DNA from: Zygnema circumcarinatum SAG 698-1b | Lineage: Eukaryota > Plantae > Zygnematophyceae | Length of the DNA: 64,000 bases | Assembly: GCA_037447605.1 (NCBI GenBank) | Contig: CM074819.1 | Coordinates: forward strand, 620,001-684,000 | Direction of reading: 5' to 3' | Made by a program: the position numbers and the translations under genes | Shown: one piece after another, positions 30,401-42,683 of the stretch | How the letters are laid out: each line of letters begins with the position of its first letter | How positions within the stretch are numbered: the stretch's first letter is position 1 | The notes under the pieces: generated by a model | Databases searched by the model: none | The model's input: only the letters and a program-made list of their open reading frames with translations | Told to the model about the DNA's origin: nothing

Positions 30401-33400
30401 ATGTTCTCTTTCTTTGCAAAAGTCATCACGTCCAGCCGCAATACGGCTTCTCGCAGCGCCATCATAGCAAGTAGCAGATCTAGGGCAGCTTATGTGTGTA
30501 TTTTGCCCCTCCCTGCCTATCACCTTTGCATCTTGAATGCACAGCACTTATTTTCCACGGACGAGCCAAAACAGGCACATCAAAATTTGTCAGTAACTTC
30601 AGAAAAACCTATGTCATCTCAGCGTCCAGACAGCAGTTATCCCTGTACACATCAACGGCTGCATGGATACTGCAAATTTGGTCCTCGTTGTGCGTTCGTT
30701 TCAAGCCAAAGAGAGCAGCAACATCGAGTTTTAGAGACAGGGAGAATAAGAACAGACCAGAGATTCTATCAAGAAGATGCTCCTTCCTCATCTGTTTCAT
30801 ACAATCAGTCTCCTGCAAACGGAAGGCGTGGAGGATGGGGAAGGAGAGATCATCCGTGGAGAGGAAGAGCAGATACTGAAAGGCAGTGGCTGCGATGTGG
30901 CCATGGCTCAATTGATAGTAAGTGGCTGCTGGAAATGTTCAGATGTCTGAAGTTATGAGGTATTTTTAGAACGAGAGCACATGATTTTGAGAAAGATCTT
31001 TTATATTCACGAGATTAGATTAGAAGGTTTCTGAAAGTGATTGGAAGACTGATGCAGTGATTGCTCAACGAGCATTATCCACTCATAGAATGACTGGTCA
31101 GATGTTCATTGAATTTCTGGAACTCAGTTAGATTTATGAACTTCTCGATCTTGAATCAATGCAAAGAATGCACATGGTTTTATTTTGGTCAATTATTTGC
31201 ACTCAAATACCATTTCGTCATTTGTTTATATACATCTGCTTGTTGAAAAGAGTTAATTCCCAGATAACCGCCTTCAATTAGAAGCGCATAGCCTCCACGC
31301 TTTTGGAACTAATGGAAATTTTGTCGCTGGTGACTTATGTTGCTCAAAACTGAGAATATCTGCCCACTTTCTCTCGTATCTGATTCTGAGTTTATTTTCT
31401 AATTTCCTGCTTTCTGTTCAACAGGCGATACTGCAGAGTTCCGAGTGGTATCGTGGAACATACTCGCAGATACAGCAGTGGAGTTGCATTGGCGGGAGCT
31501 TTATCGCCACGTGCCTTTTGCAATTCTGAATTGGAATGCAAGAAAAGTGAAGATCTTGCAGCAGATCAGAAACCTCTGCCCCCATATCCTTTGCCTTCAG
31601 GTGAGAGGCTTACAGAAAAGGAAAGTTATCTATGGCAAAAGGTTTTTCCTTTTTCATAGCATTACCTGCACTATCTGACTTCTAGATGGCCATGTTAGAC
31701 AAGAAACGGCTTTCATTTACAGCCACTCAGCCTGAAATTTTAGCTTGAGCTTTGATCATGGGACAGGAAGTAGACAGATTTTCTGAACTTCGTGAAGACC
31801 TACGTCGAATGGGCTTCCACGGCACCTTCCAGGTCTCTCTCTCTCTCGCCGTCCCCCTCCGCCTCGCCTCTTCTCCCCTCTTTTACCTCCTCCCTCTCCC
31901 TCTCTTTTACCTCCTCCCTCTCCCTCTCTTTTACCTCCTCCCTCTCCCTCTCTTTTACCTCCTCCCTCTCCCTCTCTTTTACCTCCTCTCTCTCCCTCTC
32001 TTTTACCTCCTCCCTCTCCCTCTCTTTTACCTCCTCCCTCTCCCTCTCTTTTACCTCCTCTCTCTCCCTCTCTTTTACCTCCTCCCTCTCCCTCTCTCGC
32101 TCTCTCACTCAGTTCTCAGACCTTCTGCAGGCACGCACAGGAAATTCTCCAGATGGTTGCGCTACCTTTTGGAAGGCCGATCAGTATGTTTCAACCCCTC
32201 TCCCTCCCCCTCCCCCCTACTCCCTCCCTTTATTCTCACTCTCTCCCTTTACCCACCCGCTCTCACACACTTCTATCTCCTGCTATCTCTGCTTTCCCAC
32301 CTTCTTCTCTTTATTTCTCTAACACAAGCATGCGGTCTTCTGCTGCTTGCTTGCTTTTTCTCGCTTTTTCCAGCGGAGATTGTTTAACTTAGCTTCTGCA
32401 ACTATGTGTTAGTTGAAAGTGCAATCATATGCAGAGCTTGTTTCTTTATTTCCATGCTAAAAAAACAGTTTTTATTGTTGTTTCTACTGAATCCGATCAT
32501 CTCATGCTATATTGGCAGATTTGAGCTGCTGGAAGATGAAAAAATACAATTTCGGCAACACAACTTGAACCACAACGCAGCCCTAGTCACAGTATTGCAG
32601 GTAATCTATTTTCCTCTTTTTTTTCACTGAACTATGGTTTGCGGAATATGATACATGTTGTTTGAATCATGCATTGGTTTTTCTCAGACCATTCAACTTT
32701 GATGCTTATTTTGAAGGTTTGGGAGGAATATGAAAGGGCTGAAGAATGGTGTAATCTGATATTTTTGTTTATAAACTCCATAGAATGGCTTATGGAATGT
32801 ATGACCGATCTGGCAGAGCAGAAAAGGGCGAATTCCAAAACGGAAACGGAAGCGAAAATTTCAGAACAGGGAAGGTATGGCTCGAAAGGTGAAACGAAGG
32901 AATGAACTTTTTTTCTGTTTGTTTAGTACACAGTTAGTGGGTCTCATCAACTATCATTTCTGATTGTTTGTAAGTTGATTCTAATCCACTATCACTCAAA
33001 AGGGGACTCGGAAACTGAAACAAGTCGGAAAAGAAAAGGACAAACTAGCTGTTCAGTTTTCCAAAATAGGGAGACCGTTTTTTTCTTTTTTCTGGCAGAG
33101 CAGAGGGAGAGGAAAACGGAGATATTCCCGTGACAGATATCACAAAACGGGTAGTTGTGGCTAATATTCACGTGCTTTTCAATCCAAAACGCGGAGATGT
33201 GAAGCTTGGGCAGGTAAGGAAACTGGAAGTAATCAAAGGAACAGCTGAAACCTCCTTTCTGAATCTCTTGAAGAATGGTTGTCAAGTCGGCTCAATACCT
33301 ATCGAGAAAGAGAGAGGAGAGAGAGAGAGAGTGAGAGAGAGAGGGGGAGGGTGAGAGAGGCACCTTGCTCTTGAAGTATAATCTCTATTGAGGGTTATGT

Positions 33401-34890
33401 GAAATGCTTCCTGCTTCTGAAACGTTCTGATCTTGGTATAAATCATTCATTTACCTTTCTTCCTGAGAGTACAAAATGGTAGTATGTGAGAGGAGAATCC
33501 TCTCCTTCCGTGAGATGATGTGAATTAAGATATGGGAAGGGATTCAGATCCGTGTGCTTCTAGAGAGAGCGGAAGGAGCTGCTACCAAATATGGCTGTGC
33601 GCCTATCATCATAACAGGAGATTTCAATGCTACCCCTTCAGTAGGGCCACATTTCTTTCCTAATCTTTTGCTCATTTGTGAAGGGCGATTGGGACCGGAT
33701 GAACTATTGAAACAAAGTAACCAGATATTTTTTGGCAAGTTTCTATTGTATGAAGGAATCCAATAACTCCAATTTCTATAAATATGCGAGGGAAAAAGTT
33801 TTTTAAGAAGGCTTGCTGGATAATGGAAAGTTAGAGCTCTTCCCTTTTGGGTTAATAGAGAAGTTGGGGGGGTGGATTCTTTGTGACAGAGTGGAGTATA
33901 TAATTTTATTGCAAAGGGTGAGGTGAGTTGATCATGTCAAAACACCACCGAGTAAGAGGAGAATGACTGGAAAAAGTTGGTGGGAGGAAAAAAAAACAAA
34001 GCGAAGCATTATTAATTAAAGCTCATCGTCTAAGCTGTCAGGATAGGAACAAAAGCTCCTTATGCAGATATATCCTTTCATGTTTCTCCTGCCAAAACTT
34101 CCCTCTCACTTCGACTTCTGTATCCCAAAAATGCCAAAACATATTTCCTTACAAGATGGAGAATGTGAATGCAGCTTGACTTGGCAGTATGTGACAGACG
34201 GACCCTTGGAGGGATACTGATTCCGGATGAGCAGCTCCGCCCTCCGTTCATCCGTCCCCTCCAATCCAATGGAATGTATCAGAGGTAGAAAGCACAACAA
34301 TGTCATGTATTAGTTGATAAAAGATCGGTGATAACCCTGAAACTGCTGTGTAAAAACTCGCAGTCGATCCGCTTCTTTTGCTCTAAAGAAAAAATGTGTT
34401 CTTTCTCACCTTTCCTAAATACCCCCATTACCAACTCCTTTCTTTCCCTCCTTCCTTCCGTTCTATCGATCCTGCTATTGTCACTGATGATTCAATATCT
34501 ATGCAAGGGGTTGCAGGATGCAAGCTACAAATATGCCTTGGAATGTGGAGGCAAGAAGCTCCCTCAATCAGTCTCAAGTAATTGTTACCTCGAACGTAAT
34601 GGAAGCAAGATTTTCAGCAGAAGAGAGTATCCAAAGGAGTGCCGAAAATCTTTCAGGAGTCACAGAAGTAGGTTTTGCAGCTTCCGGAAGTTCAACTTCA
34701 GTGGAATTGATCAGACTACCAGCAAGCGAGCAATCATTTGTTGATGATTGGCTTCCGGAGGAGTTGCACGCTGCTACAGGAGAGGCCAAACCGGACAGTT
34801 TTTGTCTAAGTCATAAATTGCAGCTGAAGAGCGCTTATTGGCAGGCAGAGGTATAATCCTTTGCGTTAAACGTATGGCTTGGAGAGGTAA

Positions 34891-34928
<38 letters not shown>

Positions 34929-35514
34929 CTTCATGTAAGGAGCAGCTAGGATGCAGTCATCCTTCATCTTCATCCATGAGTCCATGCATGCCATTTGAGT
35001 CCATGCATGCCATTTGAGTCCATGTTTGGCATCCCCATGAGTACCCATGCTCCATGCTAGTCTATGTATGGCATATGAAGCTAAGGGGTTTGAACGGAGA
35101 GAATTTGGATGCAGCGTCCAAGAGGTGTGGAGCCTTGCGAGCCTGCTGTCACGTCATGTCACAACAAATTCTGTGGTACAGTTGACTACATTTGGTGAGT
35201 CTCAACAGTCAAAATTCCTGCACTTGTATAGTTTGCAGCCGCATGTTCTCATGGGGGTGAAACCAGTGAAGGACAAATATTACACCTGTGGTTTAGATGA
35301 TGAATTGTAGACTGTAAAGAGGAGAGTTCAACATGTAAACTTATTAATTGTTCCTTCTTTTGCCTATTTTTGCAGGCATACGAAGGAGCTGCGTCCCTTG
35401 CAGGTGCTGAACACTCTGCCCGCCCATGTGTTGCAGCGCCATGGGGGACTGCCTCACCCGGACTTCCCCAGCGACCATCTGCCTCTCGCATGCGACTTTG
35501 TATTCGCCGACTAA
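30401..35514 (+). CDS. CCR4-like / ANGEL-type EEP-superfamily hydrolase, with an N-terminal targeting-like peptide and a degenerate CCCH-like finger
   Basis: Motifs include FRVVSWNILAD, ILCLQ|EVDRF, DGCATFWK, VVVANIHVLFNPKRGDVKLGQ, PIIITGDFNATP, LKSAY, FCGTVDYIW and GGLPHPDFPSDHLPL. TAA at 35512-35514. The start at 30401 (MFSFFAKVITSSRNTASRS) is inferred. Confidence 0.88.
31879..32092. repeat. 24-bp pyrimidine minisatellite (CTCTTTTACCTCCTCCCTCTCCCT), about 9 copies, in a CCR4-like intron
   Basis: Directly visible; it produces the spurious LPLPLFYL and EREREEVK ORFs in the track. Confidence 0.9.
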
Positions 35515-36706
35515 ACTACAAGTTCTTGGAGTATATAGTTCTCTAAGGCCCGCTTGCAAGTGGGTTGTAGGTTGTGTCTCTCATCGGAATGTGGAGAACG
35601 AGTGTTCTCTCTCTCCCCCTCTCCCCCTCTCCCCCTCTCCCTCTCCCTCTCCCTCTCCCTCTCCCTCTCTCCTCCCTCTCTCCTCCCTCTCTCCTCCCTC
35701 TCTCCTCCCTCTCTCCTCCCTCTCTCCTCCCTCGCTCCTCTCTCCTCTCTCCTCTCTCCTCTCTCCTCTCTCCTCTCCTCTCTCCTCTCGCCTCTCGCCT
35801 CTCGCCTCTCCTCTCCTCTCTCCTCTCTCCTCTCTCCTCTCTCCTCTCCTCTCTCCTCTCTCCTCTCTCCTCTCTCCCTCTCTCCTCTGCTCTCTCTCCT
35901 CTGCCTACTCCTCTCTCCTCTCACCATACTCTGCTCTCCCTCCTCTCCTCTCTCCTCTCTCCTTCCCTCCCCCTCTCCTCCCCCTCCCTCCCTCCCTCCC
36001 CCCCCTCCCCCTCTCTCTTTTCGGCCCCGTTTCGTTTTTTATTTCCGTACGATATGGAAAACGCGATCCGTGCAATTGTACGATCCGTGCAATTTTTACG
36101 ATCCGTATAATCGTAAGAAAGTCATTGCTCGCGGTAAAGTCATCATAATGCATTTCTATGGTCAGTTCAATCCACAGTTTACTGTCTTTATCAAGGGACA
36201 TACTGAAAATTTCATTCCTCTCCAAGGCACTATTTCAGTAAAAGCGAGATAAGGTTTAAGCAAAAAATAAATAAATAAGTAAATAAAAAAAGCTGCTGCT
36301 TTAAAAAATTGGAAAAAGAAGTCATAAAGATTTCCCATGGGGAGAGAAAAAAAAAGCAACTTTAAATCGCCATCTAATTTCTTTTGAGTTTGACGTAAAA
36401 ACCCGACGGTTTTCAATGCATCCACATCATCTTTTTCCCCTTTTTTTTTTACATTGAGGGCCCTTAGAACCCTCAAAAGACAAGGCGAAGTCCTTCCAAA
36501 AAAACAAAAAAAACTAAGAAACCTAAAACATGCCTAGCACCTTTATTTGTTGTACATTTCCATTCTATGGACCTCACAAGCTGTAGCGATCTGAGAACAT
36601 TTTCACGTTGCTCTGTACTTACATTTCAAAGGAAATTTGACATTGACTTCAAAAGAAGTAAAAAAATAAAAAGTGACCTAACTCCTGGTAATAAAAAAGG
36701 AGCGGC

Positions 36707-38750
36707 TTAAACCATTTCCAAGGAATTCGTGTCTTTCTCATGTGCTTGGAACTCGTCGTTATATTCACCTCCTGCATTATCACAAAATTAAGTGTTTAGA
36801 AAGGGAGAGGGAGAGGGCGAGGGGGAGGGAGAGGGAGAGGAAGAGAGAGACGGGAAGGGCAAGCGAGAGAGAGAGGAGAGGGAGAGGGCGAGGGAGAGGG
36901 CGAGGTAGAGGCGGATGAAGAGGGCGAGGGAGAGGAAGAGGGAAGGGGAGTGGGGGGGAGGGCGAGGGAGAGGGAGAGAGCTGTGCAACATATTTTGCAC
37001 CTTTTCGAATATCACTGGTGTTTGACGGTGCATCCATGTCCTTATCAACCCTCGCCAATTCGTCCGAATTTAGGAGACCTTCTTTCAACGAGGGATCGAC
37101 ACCTGACCAATTCAAATGACAAAAAAAAGGGTGAGATAACAGCTTAGTTATCCCTCCCAATTCTCCACTTTTCTCCCGCTCCCTTGCCCTCTCCCTCTCG
37201 TTTCCTTTCTGCATCCCTCCGCACGGTCCCATCCCGTTTCCCTCTCCCCATCCACCCGTCCCATTCTCACCACCCTTTTCACATTTCCATAATGCTGCTG
37301 CCCAAGTCCCTCCCCCATCCTCTTCTTCCCGCTGCTTTCCCCCCCCCCTGCCCCTCTCCCCCTCCCCTCTCCTCACTCTCCCTCCTCCTCCCTCTCTCGT
37401 CCTCCCCGCCCCTCTTCCCTCCCTCCTTCCTCTCCCTCCCTCCCTCCCTCCCCCCCCGGCCCTCCCCCTCCATTTTCTCCCCTCTCCCGTCCCTCTACCA
37501 TCCTCTCCCTTCCCCCCCGGCCCTTCCTTCTCCTCCCCTCCCCTCCCCTCTCCCCCCCCCCCCACATGACCACCCTCCATACCTATCAGCGTTAACCGCG
37601 CAGCAACCTCCCTCCAAATGGCCGTCCCTATGAGCCCAATAAATGTGACTGCCATGACCCCTCCCTCAACAGCTCGGAGGGGCGAGTTCCATCGGTGATG
37701 GCTCAAAAGGACGAGGACGAGGCAAGAGGCGAGGACCAGCAGGTCGTTCTGCCTCTTTGGGGGGCCCTTTGGGAGGGGTTCTATGGGGGACTGTTCAGTT
37801 TCGGTTGAGGGAGAAGACGTAAAGACAGGGGGGACGGGGGGGTCTGGGGAAGAGGAAGGGTTCATGGTTGGGGGAAGGGTCCGCGGATGATGCGTGGAAG
37901 GAGGGTGGGAGGGAGAGGGGGAGGAGGAAGAGAGAGAGGGAGGCGGAGAGGAGGGAGACGGAGAGGAGGGAGAGGAGGGGAGGAGGAAGAGGGAGAGGAA
38001 GTGCAAGATGANNNNNNNNNNNNNNNNNNNNNNNNNNNNNNNNNNNNNNNNNNNNNNNNNNNNNNNNNNNNNNNNNNNNNNNNNNNNNNNNNNNNNNNNN
38101 NNNNNNNNNNNAGGTACATTACCGTTGTTGTCTCGTCCTCCCCACATCCCGGTCGATCTCCTTCTAGAAGAACGAACTGACTGAAGAGAGTTCGGTGGTG
38201 GTCGTACCTCCCCCTCATCGCCAGTCGGATGCCAAAAGTCAAAAAGAGTCGCCACTGCGCTGCTTGAGCGGTGTCCTCAAACAGCACTCCCGACTCTATG
38301 ATCCGTTCCAACGCAGTCTCCGTTCCGTCGCTGGTAACGGAAACCTCCTGCATGCGAATCTGCAGGACTCGGCGTGCTCCCCGGAATTCGGGATCGTGTA
38401 AAAAACTCGTCATACGGGGAAGGCGGCGTTCCATGCGTGCGTTCTGCTGTTCTTGAGTCTGGGGGGATTTACAGCAAACCGTTGTACAGAGAAAGGGGGA
38501 GTGAAAGGAGAGGAAAGGAGAGCTAGTGAGAGTGGGATTGCAGAGTAAGGGGGGGTACGGAAAACAGGGTTACAGGGAGTAGGTAGGACTGCGGAGAAAG
38601 GGAGTATGGGAGAGGAATATGATAGAGGAAGGGATTACAGAGAATGGGATCACAGGGAGGGGAACGGATTGGGAGTGAGGAGGGGTTGGACATTCAACAA
38701 ATTGATTGCAAAGCGCGAGAGATGGGGAGATGAGAGAGGGAGTGTGAAAG

Positions 38751-38799
<49 letters not shown>

Positions 38800-41700
38800 A
38801 GGGCTTACGGCATACACACGACTTAGAGAAACGAACCCGCCATAGAGAGTCCGTCCCATGTACTCTTTTCCGTTAAGTTTTCGCGTTCCCAGCAGCCACA
38901 ACTCCAGTAGCTTATTCACTTTCTGCAAGTTTTCCACCTCCTCAAGATGCTTTCCGTAGTACGGACTGTCTTTCGGTAAACATTCCATTGCCCATCTGCA
39001 TGGAAACAGCAGAAAACAACATCAGAAAACGTCACAAATGAGACACAGTGTTCAATATAAAGCAACAACAGGAGAGATAACATGATTCAAAATGCTCTTA
39101 TAGAGACTTTGAATGGAGCTCACTCAAAATAGTTTTTTCTTGCGACCCTGTTGCACTTTTCAGTGTTCGCATTGACCACAGTTTCGGATAATTCATCATC
39201 GGTTTCTGGAATATTCGCAAAACGTGAAGATTTTTTCGGCACCGAAAAAATACTTTCTTTTGCAGGAGCTGCCCGAGGAGCCGCAGAGTCATCGACAGCT
39301 GGAGATGAAGGAGGGGCAGTAGTAGAAATATTTTGGATGCTGCCCGAGGAGGGCAATGTCAAGACTTTTGTTGAATAGGTATTCAGCTTCGAAACTTTAC
39401 TGGGCAGTGAGTTAAAAATGCTAAAAAATGCATCAATGACTACATTGGCAAATTTCAAATCATTGATGTGGTAGGGACTCCGGATAACCTGTACAGGAAA
39501 AATAAAACGAAGGAAAAAGGAGGGAGAAGAACTTACAAACCTGTCCCTAAAATCCCATAATCACTTATCTAACATTCTTACAACTGTGAGTTCAATCTGG
39601 ACGAATTGGATTAGCTTAATCTGCTACTTCCATTCTCACTAATTCTAAAAAATACATACATGTATACCTACCTACACATTAACCTATACTCCCCATTTTT
39701 CCTTTTTGAAAAACTTTCAAATAACTGTTCTTTGAAGTTTTCAAACACCTGAGTAGTACACATGCATTGCGGCGGGAAGAGATTCAAGACTGCCACCTGT
39801 CGCTCTGCGGTTGGTTGAATTCGAATCTCCAATTCATCAAGGAGAGCTCCCGTTGCTTCTGGGTCATAAAATGGCATTCCTGGAGAATCCATGGCTGAGA
39901 TTCCGCCACGTGGCAGCACCACACGCACCGGAACTTTTGAAGCATTCACATGCTCTGCTATAAACTCCGCAAATTTTACGTTTTCTTCCTTTGATGTTCG
40001 CATTAGCGTCACCTGTTGTGCAAAGTCCGAGTTTTTCCTGTCAGTTCAAAGTTTGGAGGGGGGGGGGGGGGGGGGGGGGGGGGGAAAGGGGGAGNNNNNN
40101 NNNNGGGGAGTGGGAGAGGGAGAGGGAGGGGAGGGAGAGGAGGGGAAGGGGAAGGAGGTGGAGAGGGGAAGTGAGGTTGTAGGGAGGGGTAGCGGGAGAG
40201 AGTGAGAGAGGGAGGGAGAGGGAGTGGCATAAGGGACTAAAGAAGCGGGAGGTGCAGCAGGGGGGGCAGCACATGCTTATTTCGAAAATGGAACTTCCGT
40301 TTGGAATATTCCGTTGGAATGGTTTCACTTCCACCAAATTGGATCGTATCCAGCATGCCGACAGATAAAACATGCGGAATGTTATGAATCATAGAAGTCA
40401 TTGCTAGAGAGTTTCTTCCGCCCTCCCCTCCAAAAATAGTTGCATCTGCAATTGCCGTAATATCAATAAGCACCTGCAAAGCCCAGCACATACATTCAGG
40501 TGCATGACGTGACTATACATACGAATGTTTTTTTGTCAAGTTTCTCCTTCATGAACTGAATCAACGTAATTCCTCGTAACTTGTGAACAAAGTCCCCTAC
40601 CTGAACTTTATCTGGTGTGCAATTCTCCTCCAAGTGCCTCTCTCTGCTTCCATCCACATGGAACACAACGGTCTGCAGTCCTGTTGCCTCTAACTGCTGC
40701 TTAACTGTTTCTACACATGTCATTGTCGCAGCAGATGCTGTAATTCCAACAATGAACGGCTCAGGTTCAGTTTCTTCTCCACAGAGATCTGAAGCTGCGA
40801 TAGAAGACGAACCCATGGATGCCAAAGAGGCGGTGACCATGCCAGCCATGGCTGCTGCAGCATTTGCAATGACCCTTTGGATGGTGCTGTTGCAGTCATT
40901 CCTGTCCAGCGCTCTTGATGTGAAGATGATGTCGGATGCGCCGACATACCGTGCAGTGTTCATGCTGTTGAATTCAGGGAGGAGGCAGGCAGGAGGGAGG
41001 AAGGGGGAGAGAGAGGGAAGGGAAAGGGGGGGAGAAGGGGGAAGAACAAACAGCAACATCATCAGTGGGAAGCATGCAAACTGAAGGCATGACAAGAAAC
41101 CAAAAAGAGTCCAAAAAATCAAGTTCTCTGCAACATCTTAAGTAGTATTTAAACGTCCAAACTCACCTCGTTGAATCTGACAAGAGAAGCTTCGGAATTC
41201 CAATGGAAAGAACTCGAAATGCTGTAGAAATTAGACCAGTTCCTGCGCCTTCCCCAACTCCTAACACTCCCAAAACGCCTCCCTTCGCCTCTCTCGCCTT
41301 CAAAAAACCAACCAATGCCACACTTACAGCAGACACTGCTGGACCCTTTTCCTGCGGTATTTGCCCGTCTGCGTCGCGCAGAGCATCGTAGTTCGGATGA
41401 TATTTCAGAACCTCTTTTATAGAGATAACAGAAATTGTAGCTTCGCTCTCCTCTCCCTCCTTCCCCAGCCTCCCTCTGCATCCCTCCTCTCCCTCCCACC
41501 CTCCTGCATCCCTCCCTTCGCCTTCCAGTTCCATCCTCGCCTCCCCCTCTCTCCCATCCCCCTCCCTCTCCTCTCCCTCTCCCTCCCTCACCTCTCCCTC
41601 TCGCTCCGGCTTGTCAGTTGCATGACCTGCCAGCTGGCACGCCGCAGGTGACACGTCGACAATGGAGACTCGAACTTTAGGGCTTGAAGAGGAGGCAGAG

Positions 41701-41804
41701 GGAGAGAAGGCGACGAGGAAGGAGCGGAGATGAGTGGCGAGGAGATGGAGCTCTGCCGCTTTTGAGTGCAGAGGGCCCACAACGAGGACATGCTTTGCAC
41801 CCAT
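36707..41804 (-). CDS. Divergent Tm-1-like (UPF0261 domain) protein with an unrecognised C-terminal domain and 2 predicted TM helices, about 880 aa, 10 exons
   Basis: Exons 41167-41804, 40601-40964, 40273-40473, 39797-40012, 39124-39488, 38818-38995, 38123-38458, about 37583-37790, 37001-37102 and 36707-36771. Intron phases can all be made compatible. UPF0261-like segments include LSIGIPKLLLS, YVGASD, ANAAAAMAGMV, LSVGMLDTIQFG, VTLMRTSKEENVKFAEFIA, LPRGGISAMDSPGMPFYDPEA and PYHINDLKFA. Confidence is high for the UPF0261 half and lower for the linkage to the 3' exons, where a 100-N gap intervenes. Confidence 0.75.
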
Positions 41805-42683
41805 TGCTCATTCATACCTCTCTCAAGCGACCTTCATTGCACCCTCAAATGAATGCGGAACTTTAACCCTAAAAACTTTCCAACCTAACCCTAACCCTAA
41901 AGTAGTATCCTAACCCTAAAATGTTTTATCCCTTCCTCCCTCAGAGACAGGCGCCAGCCATGGCTGCCGCTTCAAAATATTTTGCACTCCTGCCTGGAAT
42001 ATCAGATCTCAAGCACGCCTGCATCGACCTATATTTCCGCAGAGCGTGCAAATATCTTTGTAGAAAAGGCATGTTTTGTACTACGTGGCTTGACGTGATT
42101 GGCTGATGAGAAGTGACGTGTCATATGACGTGTGGACGATTCCGTACCTTCCTTGATCCATTCACAAATCACAATGGTCCACGAGAACATTGGGATCAAC
42201 TGTGGTAGAACTGGATCTACACTCACTTTGTTCACTGTGACCCAGTACGAAAATTTCGGTTGATTCTGGGTTCAACTTTAACCCTGTGTATTCGTTGATC
42301 CACGTGGATCTGAGAACCTGTGGTGCTTAAGGCTTAAGGGGTTGAGGGTTTAGGGTTTTGGGGAGGGGGCCGCCATAGAGGGAGGCAGAGAAGTAAAAAT
42401 TACCTTAAATTTAGAAGGGATTTTTTGTGTAGGGCAGTGGGCAGGAGAGAGAGGAAGAGAGGGAGAGAGAGGGAGGGAGAGGGCGAGAGGGAGAGGAGTG
42501 GGAGTGGGAGTGGGAGAGGGAGAGGGAGGGAGGGAGGGAGGGAGGGAGGGAGAGTGGGGGGAGAGGGAGAGGGAGGGAGGGAGAGGGGGAGAGGGAGAGA
42601 GGGAGAGAGGGTGAGGAGTGGGAGTGGGAGAGGGAGAGTGGGGGGACAAGGAGAGGGAGAGGGAGAGGGAGAGGGAGGAGAGA

